Shown here piece by piece: positions 7,877 to 14,770 of a stretch of 33,185 nt of DNA. Every line of letters begins with the position of its first letter. Positions within the stretch are counted from its first letter, which is position 1. The notes beneath the pieces were generated by a model. The model was given only the letters and a program-made list of their open reading frames with translations. It was not told where the DNA came from and searched no databases. Made by a program: the position numbers and the translations under genes. The DNA is from Elusimicrobiota bacterium (GTDB lineage Bacteria; Elusimicrobiota; Elusimicrobia; FEN-1173), in assembly GCA_035332125.1 (NCBI GenBank), contig DAOQNO010000001.1, positions 1 to 33,185 on the forward strand. Direction: 5' to 3'.

Positions 7877-10455
7877 AGCCCACTCGACGATGGAATTCCG
7901 CCCTGGCCGCCTTTCTCTGGTGGGGGGCCAATGTCCACGCGGACGCCGGTCAAACCCTCGCGGACTTTGACAACACCGCCCCGGAACTTTTCGCGTTCAA
8001 AGACGAGAAGGGAACCGTGCTGAACGCGAGCACCGCCTACGCCGACGGCGAGAAGGGCAAGCACCTGGGAATTCGCTACGGCATCGTTCCCGGCGGTTTC
8101 GGGGGCGCGGGCCTGGCGCTTAAAGGCTTCAACGCATCGGGATACCGTTATTTGGGTCTCGACATCCGGGGGGACGCGGGCGGGGAATCCTTCGACGTGG
8201 GTCTGCGGGACGCCAAAGGCCAGGAGCGGAAGCGGTCCATCGCCGCTTACACCGACGTGGCCAAAACTTGGCGGCGGGTGCTCATTCCTCTGGGGGATTT
8301 CGGCGGGGTGACGCTGTCCGCCCTGGACAATATCAGTTTTGGGTTTGCCGAGAAGAAAAAGGGGCGGATCTACATCGACAACATTGGTTTTGAAGGCGCC
8401 GCCGCGGGATCGGACGGGGCCCTGGTGAATAAAGTGGTCGTGGACGGTTTTGACCGCACCAACCCGACCCAGGCTTACCGGGTGTTCACCGGGGACCAGT
8501 CCTCCCTTTCCTTGACGTCGTCGCGGGTCCTCTTCGACGGCGACTATTCCATGGAGATGCAATACCAATTCTCGACCAACCGCCCCTGGGGCACCTGGGT
8601 TTCCGCCCAGCGGACGCCCGCCGAGCCGCTCAACTGGACCGGCATCGACGAGATCAAAATGTGGGTCAAGGGCGACGGTTCCGAAAACTATCTTCGTTTC
8701 CGTTTTACCGAATCCGACGGGGAAATTTGGGAATACGTGGACAAAACGGCCCTGGCGTCCACCCGGTGGACTCTGGTGGGCATGCCGATCAAGGCCTTCA
8801 AAATCGTCGGCCAACCGCCCAAGGGCACTCCGCCGGATTTGGCCGGGGTGAAGGCCTACGAAATCGCCTTGATGAGTCCGACCTCCTCCCAGACGTCGGG
8901 GGCTCAAGTCACCGCGGGACGCATCCAGGTCGACCTCCTTTACGTGACGGGAGAGCGTCTCTCTTCCGGCGCGATCGTGCCCGCCGCCGCGCCCCAACCG
9001 GGCGCCCCCGCCGGAGCGGCGATCCCGTCCGGCCGAATTCCCGGATTGGCCGCCGGCAACGTGGACTTCAGCCTTCAAGCCTACACCGAATATTTCTACA
9101 CGCCGGAAGAAAAAAGCGCGGTGAATCACCTGGCCAAACTCACCACGACCGGAAAATTGGGGAACTACAGCGCCCGGGTGGAGTTCGGGTCCACGTCCCA
9201 GGAATTTGGCCAAGCTTCGACCTTTGTCGGGTCTTCGGTGACGGCCACCACCAACCGCTTTCCCGGCTTGGAAATGCCCAGCTTCCAGGTCTTCATCACC
9301 AACCTTCACCCCGCGGTCTCCCTGGTGACCCTCGGAAACCTCTTCATCGATTATTCGCCGGATCTCTTCGCCCCGGTTTTCGGTTTTAAAGGCATCGAAG
9401 TGCAGGGCGACGTGGACCGCCTAAACTACGAAGGGTTCGTGATCAAACACTCCCTTAATTCGTTTACCGGCGGGGCCCGCGGGGTTTATTATCTGCCCAA
9501 TCTCAAGTTGTCGGCCTACGCGGTCTACTGGGAGCAGAACGGTCGGCAATCCAACGCCAGCACGGTGTCCGGCGGGTCCCTGCAACCGGCCGCCAACAGT
9601 GCCGTGTTGAAATTGGAGCGCCTGGCCCAGGACATGACGTACCACCTCCAGGCGGATGCCCGGACCTGGAACGACCGCCTTCGACTGGTCTCCCTTTACG
9701 GCTACAACACCTATCGCCAAAACGCCACCGCCGATTACAGCGATCCCTTCAACCCGGTGTTTTCCCAGTTCGTCGACCCGGCCTATCAAGCGGGGGGGCA
9801 CCTTTGGCGGAACCGGGTGGAACTCTACGGCGCCGGGGATTTCCTCGGCTGGCGGGGGTTGGACCTGGCGTACGGATACCGGGACATCGGCACGGGCTAC
9901 AAGCCCCATTTCCGGCAGGTGCCCGTATTCTACGACGACACGGATTCGGACCAATGGGGCCACAACGTCCGGGCCGTTCAGCGGCGCGGGGGGTGGACGC
10001 TCTCCGCCGAATACGACGCCATGCGTCGCCACTCCGACGCGGCCTATTTTCGGCACAAATTTCTCTGGGGCCTGGGTCACTACGGCTACCGGGGGATGGA
10101 CGTCTCCCTGACCCAGGATTACCGGCGGGAAACCTACAAGTTCACGAGCGACCGTTCCGCCTTTACCACCGACAAAAATGAAAAAGTGATCGGCACCGAA
10201 CTTTACGTCCGCGCCCAACTGTCGTCCCGGGTGGCCGGCTGGGTCAAGCCCCGGCAGGAGCGCATCTGGCACCCGGCGACGAACGGGACGTTCACTTCCG
10301 ACAGCCTTCAGGCCCGCTTGGAATATTACGTGGCCAACAACGCGAAGCTCTTCGCCGAACACAAGATCACGCGTTTCTCGGAGGCCGGCCTGGAGCCCCA
10401 AGGCACCCCCTTCGACGATAATTTTACCCGAATCAGTTTCGAAGTCGTGTTTTAG
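7873..10455 (+). CDS. Outer-membrane beta-barrel protein with two N-terminal CBM-like modules
   Basis: The start overlaps the upstream stop as ATGA. The signal peptide is ...AAFLWWGANVHA|DAG. Two modules are present (LADFDN...YLGLDIRGD...FDVGLRD...WRRVLIPLGDF...GRIYIDNIGF, and VVDGFDRTNP...IKMWVKGDG...LRFRFTESDG...RIQVDLLYV). A Pro/Ala linker (AAAPQPGAPAGAAIPSG) follows. From ~9070 there are ~460 aa of Tyr/Gly-rich amphipathic strands ending in a beta-signal with terminal Phe (FTRISFEVVF). Confidence 0.75.
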   Translation: MKPTRRWNSALAAFLWWGANVHADAGQTLADFDNTAPELFAFKDEKGTVLNASTAYADGEKGKHLGIRYGIVPGGFGGAGLALKGFNASGYRYLGLDIRGDAGGESFDVGLRDAKGQERKRSIAAYTDVAKTWRRVLIPLGDFGGVTLSALDNISFGFAEKKKGRIYIDNIGFEGAAAGSDGALVNKVVVDGFDRTNPTQAYRVFTGDQSSLSLTSSRVLFDGDYSMEMQYQFSTNRPWGTWVSAQRTPAEPLNWTGIDEIKMWVKGDGSENYLRFRFTESDGEIWEYVDKTALASTRWTLVGMPIKAFKIVGQPPKGTPPDLAGVKAYEIALMSPTSSQTSGAQVTAGRIQVDLLYVTGERLSSGAIVPAAAPQPGAPAGAAIPSGRIPGLAAGNVDFSLQAYTEYFYTPEEKSAVNHLAKLTTTGKLGNYSARVEFGSTSQEFGQASTFVGSSVTATTNRFPGLEMPSFQVFITNLHPAVSLVTLGNLFIDYSPDLFAPVFGFKGIEVQGDVDRLNYEGFVIKHSLNSFTGGARGVYYLPNLKLSAYAVYWEQNGRQSNASTVSGGSLQPAANSAVLKLERLAQDMTYHLQADARTWNDRLRLVSLYGYNTYRQNATADYSDPFNPVFSQFVDPAYQAGGHLWRNRVELYGAGDFLGWRGLDLAYGYRDIGTGYKPHFRQVPVFYDDTDSDQWGHNVRAVQRRGGWTLSAEYDAMRRHSDAAYFRHKFLWGLGHYGYRGMDVSLTQDYRRETYKFTSDRSAFTTDKNEKVIGTELYVRAQLSSRVAGWVKPRQERIWHPATNGTFTSDSLQARLEYYVANNAKLFAEHKITRFSEAGLEPQGTPFDDNFTRISFEVVF

Positions 10456-10462
10456 ACCCCGC

Positions 10463-12712
10463 ATGCGCCGCGTTTGGTGGCTCCTCCCCCTGCTGTTTTC
10501 GGTCCGGTCCGCCCGGGCCGAACGGCCGTTGGTGGTGTGGGCCATGGGCGAAGAGGGGAAAAAGATCGCCCTCATGGCCCGCCGGTTCGAGGCCGCCCAT
10601 CCCGGGGTCACCGTCGAAACCCAGGCCATTCCTTGGGAAGCCGCCCACGCCAAGCTGTTGACCGCCGTCGTGGGGGGCATTCCACCGGACGTGAGCCAGG
10701 TGGGCACGACGTGGATGGCCGAATTCGCGGCCATGGACGCGCTCGAACCCCTCGACGGCCGCGCCGCGTCATCGACCAACGCCCGTCCCGACGCTTTTTT
10801 CCCCGGATCGCTTCAAACCTGCCGCGTGGACGGCGCCCTCTACGGCGTTCCTTGGTACGTCGACACCCGCGTGCTCTTTTATCGAAAAGATTTGCTGGCG
10901 GCCGTCGGTTATCCGGACGGCCCGTCCACCTGGGAAGAGCTCACGGCCGCGGCCCGGAAATTGTCGACCCGGCGCACGGCCGACGGTCGACGGGCCTACG
11001 GCATCTCCCTCGGCGCCCGCAGCTGGACCGACCTTCTCATGGCGGTGTGGCAGAACGGCGGCGACCCCCTGCGTCCCACGTCGCCGGCTTTTTTTGGCGC
11101 CGTCCAGCATTACATCGGGTTCTTCCGCGACAATCTCACACCGACCAAGGAAGCGGCGGACGTGGATCTTTTCCACGCTTTCAAAACCGGCTACTTGCCC
11201 ATGTTCGTTTCGGGGCCCTGGATGTTGGAGCTGATCCGGAAAGAACTCCCCGAATTGGACGGTCGCTGGGGGGTGGCAATGCTTCCGGGGAAAAAATCCC
11301 GCACCTCCTTCGTGGGGGGATCCAACTTGGTTGTTTTCAAGGCGTCGAAACAAAAGGACCGGGCCTGGCAGTTCCTTGAATTCATGAGCGATCCGGCCAA
11401 CCAGGTCGAGTGGATGAAAAGCACGACCGATCTCCCGTCCGTGCAGGTGGCGTGGAAAGACCCCTATTTCAGCGACAAGCCCCTGGTGCAGGTGTTCGGC
11501 CGCCAACTGTTCGACACCGCGAGTCCGCCGACGGTGCCCGAATGGGAGCAGATCGCCAGCGCCATGGACGACACCATGGAGCGCGTGGTCCTCGATCCCG
11601 CCCAAACCGAGGACACCATCCGGGTGGCCCTGGCCGAATTGGAAACCCGCATTTTGAAACTCCGGTCGGCCCGAACCCGGGAACCGGGCAGTTGGCGGCG
11701 GTTCGGGCGATGGGCGGGCGTGGCGGCCCTTCTCCTCGCGGCGGCTCTCTGGTTAACGACGGTCGGACGCCTCCGTTCCCGGGCCGACGGCGCCCCGGGC
11801 GAAGCGCCCTTCCAGTTGCGGGAATTTTTCCAACGGGACATCGTCGGTCTGCTTTTCACCGTCCCCGCCCTGGTGCTCTTGGTGACGTTTCTTTTCCTGC
11901 CCATCGCGGTGTCCTTCCTCATGAGCTTGACCGACATTGATATTTTCAGCATCAACAAGTGGAAGGACGTTCAATTCATCGGGGTCAGCAATTACCTGCG
12001 CATCGTCCAGGACCCCGTGTTCTGGCGTTCCCTGTGGAACACCCTGTATTTCGCCGGGCTGGGCGTCCCGTTGACCATCGGCGTCTCGTTGTTGGCGGCC
12101 GTGGCCCTGAACCAGAAATTTGTCCGCGGCAAATCCCTTTTCCGCGTCGCTTTGTTCGCCCCGGTCGTGACCACCGTCGTGGCGGTGGCGGTCGTGTGGC
12201 GATGGCTCTACAACCCCGAATACGGCGCCTTCAATTGGTTTTTGCAGAATCTGGGCCTCAAAAAACTTTTCTGGCTCTCCGATTCCCGCACCTCCCTGCC
12301 GTCCTTGATCGTCATGGCCGTGTGGAAAAACTTCGGCTACAACATGGTCATCTTTTTGGCCGGCCTTCAAACCATTCCCGAAAGCCAATACGAGGCGGCC
12401 CGGATCGACGGGGCCAGCGCCTGGCAAAGTTTCCGCTACATCACCATCCCGGGGTTGGCGCCGACCCTGCTCTTCGTCCTCATCATGACGACCATCGGTT
12501 ATTTGCAGTTTTTTGCGGAACCCTACGTCATGACTCGGGGGGGGCCGCTGGATTCCACCATGTCCATCGTCCTCTACATGTACAACCACGGCTTTCGGTT
12601 TTTCAATTTGGGTTACGCCTCGGCCATCAGTTACGCCCTCTTCGGCCTGATCTTTATGTTTACCTTCGTGCAAATGCGTCTTAAGAAGAACGGATTCGAG
12701 GTGTTTGTTTGA
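10463..12712 (+). CDS. CUT1-family sugar ABC transporter with a solute-binding protein fused to a MalF/UgpA-type permease
   Basis: It has a signal peptide (MRRVWWLLPLLFSVRSARA) and a family-1 SBP pattern (LVVWAMGEEGKKIALMARRFEAAHPGVTVETQAIPWEAAHAKLLTAVVGGIPPDVSQVGTTWMAEFA). A junction TM (WAGVAALLLAAALWLTTV, ~11701-11760) leads into a 6-TM permease with an EAA loop (ESQYEAARIDGASAWQSFRYITIPGLAP, ~12378-12460). It is one uninterrupted ORF. Confidence 0.85.
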   Translation: MRRVWWLLPLLFSVRSARAERPLVVWAMGEEGKKIALMARRFEAAHPGVTVETQAIPWEAAHAKLLTAVVGGIPPDVSQVGTTWMAEFAAMDALEPLDGRAASSTNARPDAFFPGSLQTCRVDGALYGVPWYVDTRVLFYRKDLLAAVGYPDGPSTWEELTAAARKLSTRRTADGRRAYGISLGARSWTDLLMAVWQNGGDPLRPTSPAFFGAVQHYIGFFRDNLTPTKEAADVDLFHAFKTGYLPMFVSGPWMLELIRKELPELDGRWGVAMLPGKKSRTSFVGGSNLVVFKASKQKDRAWQFLEFMSDPANQVEWMKSTTDLPSVQVAWKDPYFSDKPLVQVFGRQLFDTASPPTVPEWEQIASAMDDTMERVVLDPAQTEDTIRVALAELETRILKLRSARTREPGSWRRFGRWAGVAALLLAAALWLTTVGRLRSRADGAPGEAPFQLREFFQRDIVGLLFTVPALVLLVTFLFLPIAVSFLMSLTDIDIFSINKWKDVQFIGVSNYLRIVQDPVFWRSLWNTLYFAGLGVPLTIGVSLLAAVALNQKFVRGKSLFRVALFAPVVTTVVAVAVVWRWLYNPEYGAFNWFLQNLGLKKLFWLSDSRTSLPSLIVMAVWKNFGYNMVIFLAGLQTIPESQYEAARIDGASAWQSFRYITIPGLAPTLLFVLIMTTIGYLQFFAEPYVMTRGGPLDSTMSIVLYMYNHGFRFFNLGYASAISYALFGLIFMFTFVQMRLKKNGFEVFV

Positions 12713-13554
12713 ACGCCCGGGGCAAACGTTGGATGTCCGACGCCGTTGCCGCGGGGGGCGTGCATTTCCTCCTGGCCATCGCCGCGGCGGCCACGCTGAT
12801 GCCGTTTTTTTGGATGATCTCCACGTCGTTCAAGAACGGCGGGGGGCTTTTTACCTATCCCCCCACCTGGATTCCCCGGGACCCGACCCTTCAATGGTAC
12901 GCCCAGTTGGTGCGGGAGGTGAATTTCCTGGTCCATTTCCGCAACAGCGTGTTCGTCTCCGTGGCCATCACGGTCCTGAGCTTGTTCGTCAATTCCATGG
13001 CCGGTTACGCTTTCGCCAAGCACCGTTTCCGCCATCGGGACAAAATATTTAGTTTCCTCCTGGCCACCATGATGGTTCCCGGCCAGTTGACCATGATCCC
13101 CGTTTTCCTGTTGTTGAAAAAGATGGGTTTCCTGAACAGTTTTCTTGGTTTGATCGTGCCGGTGTGCGCCAACGTCTTCGGTATTTTCCTGATCCGCCAG
13201 TTTATGATGTCGATCCCCAACGATCTCATCGAATCGGCCCGAATCGACGGTTGCTCGGAATTTCGGATTTATTGGAGCGTGGTGCTGCCCCTGTGCAAGC
13301 CGGTCCTGGCCACGCTGAGCATCTTCACCTTCATCGGGTCCTGGAACGATTTTCTCTGGCCCCTGATCGTCATGGTGCGGGAGGACGGCTACACCCTCCC
13401 GGTCGCCCTGGCCAATTTAAACGGCCAGCACCCGACGGATTTCGGTCTCCTCATGGCGGCCGCGACGGTTGTGGTCCTGCCCGTGCTCGTGGTCTTTTTG
13501 GCGGCCCAGAAGTACGTGATCCGCGGCATCGCCACCACGGGCCTCAAGGAATAA
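12709..13554 (+). CDS. CUT1-family sugar ABC transporter permease (MalG/UgpE-like)
   Basis: TTG 12709 overlaps the upstream TGA as TTGA; ATG 12733 is an alternative start. The EAA loop is NDLIESARIDGCSEFRIYWSVVLPLCKP, and the typical MalG-like motifs FFWMISTSFK and FLWPLIV are present. Confidence 0.85.
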   Translation: MNARGKRWMSDAVAAGGVHFLLAIAAAATLMPFFWMISTSFKNGGGLFTYPPTWIPRDPTLQWYAQLVREVNFLVHFRNSVFVSVAITVLSLFVNSMAGYAFAKHRFRHRDKIFSFLLATMMVPGQLTMIPVFLLLKKMGFLNSFLGLIVPVCANVFGIFLIRQFMMSIPNDLIESARIDGCSEFRIYWSVVLPLCKPVLATLSIFTFIGSWNDFLWPLIVMVREDGYTLPVALANLNGQHPTDFGLLMAAATVVVLPVLVVFLAAQKYVIRGIATTGLKE

Positions 13555-13596
13555 TTTTTCATGCATTCTCAGGAATCTTCTCAAAGGAGCGGAACG

Positions 13597-14679
13597 ATGA
13601 ACAACTTGCGAAAAGGAACGGCGTTGGCGCTGGGTCTGATGATGGCCTGGAGCCCTCTGCCGGTCCTGGCGAAAAGCAAAGGCGCGGCCCCGGCGGCGAA
13701 AAAAGCGGCGCCCGAGAAAAAAGCGGCGGCGGGCGGCGGTGTGATTCTGGACAACTTCGACCGCATCGATTGGGCCTCGGCCAAGGACGCCGGGTCGGAG
13801 CTCAAGCTCTCCCAAGCCCAGGGGAAAAACGGTTCGGCCCTAAAGATCAGCTACCTCATGGGCACCGGCAAATGGGTGGCCATCAATAAATCGTTCTCGA
13901 TTCCGAGCTTTCGGGGCAAGGCGATTTCCTTCTGGATGAAAGGCAAAGGGGCCGCCAACAACCTCGAAATCAAGCTGGTGGACGAAGACGACACGAACTA
14001 CGGCGTTAAACGTCCCTCCCTGACGACCGACGGCGACTGGGCCCAGGTGACCTTCACCGAAGCCGATTTCAGCTATTGGTGGGGCGGGGATCAATCCCTG
14101 GGCGCGGTGAAGGACCTTTACATCGCGGTGGCCGCGGCCGGCGACGGGGGCTCGGGCGAAGTGTTGATTTCCGACCTGCGCTTGGTGGCGGCCAACCCGG
14201 CCGGCGCCCTGGCGAAGGACGGTCTCGTGGCGGACGGGTCCTCCCTGGAATCCTGGACCCTCGCCAAGGGCGAAGGCGCCAACGCCACGCTCTTTTCGGG
14301 AGCGGGGTTGAAGGGGAAAGCCGTCGGGGTTCAATATTCGATCCCGGCCAACCAATGGGTGGCCATCCGTAAAACGATCAACGCCGACCTGTCGGCGGGG
14401 AACGCCGCCTTGGTCCTCCGCATTAAGGGCGAAGGCGATCCCAACAACGTCGAAGTCAAAGTGGTTGACCGCGACGAATCGACCTTTGGGAAGGTGTTTC
14501 CGGGCATGGGCGCCTCGAACGCCTGGCAGGAAGTCCGCATCCCCCTGTCGAACATGGAATACCTTTGGGGCGGGGACAATCGGCTGGACGCCACCCTGAT
14601 CCGCCATTTGGACATCGCGATCAGCGGTCCCGGCGGCGAAGGCAAAATCCTCATCAACGACATTCGCGTTCAGAAATAA
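13597..14679 (+). CDS. Secreted protein with an Ala/Lys-rich linker and 2 CBM-like beta-sandwich modules
   Basis: ATG 13597 lies 7 nt after AAGGAG (13584-13589); the ORF's maximal start is 13561. The signal peptide is MNNLRKGTALALGLMMAWSPLPVLA|KSK, followed by the linker KGAAPAAKKAAPEKKAAAGGG. Two modules follow (ILDNFD...ISFWMKGKG..LEIKLVDEDD...WAQVTFTEADF...VLISDLRL, and ...LVLRIKGEGDPNNVEVKVVDRDE...WQEVRIPLSNM...ILINDIRV). Confidence 0.8.
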   Translation: MNNLRKGTALALGLMMAWSPLPVLAKSKGAAPAAKKAAPEKKAAAGGGVILDNFDRIDWASAKDAGSELKLSQAQGKNGSALKISYLMGTGKWVAINKSFSIPSFRGKAISFWMKGKGAANNLEIKLVDEDDTNYGVKRPSLTTDGDWAQVTFTEADFSYWWGGDQSLGAVKDLYIAVAAAGDGGSGEVLISDLRLVAANPAGALAKDGLVADGSSLESWTLAKGEGANATLFSGAGLKGKAVGVQYSIPANQWVAIRKTINADLSAGNAALVLRIKGEGDPNNVEVKVVDRDESTFGKVFPGMGASNAWQEVRIPLSNMEYLWGGDNRLDATLIRHLDIAISGPGGEGKILINDIRVQK

Positions 14680-14698
14680 ACGGCGGTTTTGACGGCGG

Positions 14699-14733
14699 AG
14701 CCCGGTCCCCGGGAACGGCGCGGGGGCCGGGCT
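14699..14733 (+). terminator. Intercistronic stem-loop (possible attenuator or partial terminator) upstream of the giant gene
   Basis: A 12-bp stem joins agcccggtcccc (14699-14710) and gggggccgggct (14722-14733) with one G-U pair and an 11-nt loop. It is followed by a moderately T-rich tail (tccgctttcatcttaattc). It lies in the 91-nt gap between 14679 and 14771. Confidence 0.35.
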
Positions 14734-14770
14734 TCCGCTTTCATCTTAATTCAATCACGGAGAGCGTTTT

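Noticed and set aside
505-10779. Other long minus-strand ORFs (505..1551, 5583..6590, 6521..7774, 7771..9309, 9421..10779) and off-frame plus-strand ORFs (579..1574, 8661..9389, 10474..11379)
   Set aside because: They have the same GC-shadow composition. Each overlaps a + strand gene that has a signal peptide, an SD or coupling context, and recognisable domains.
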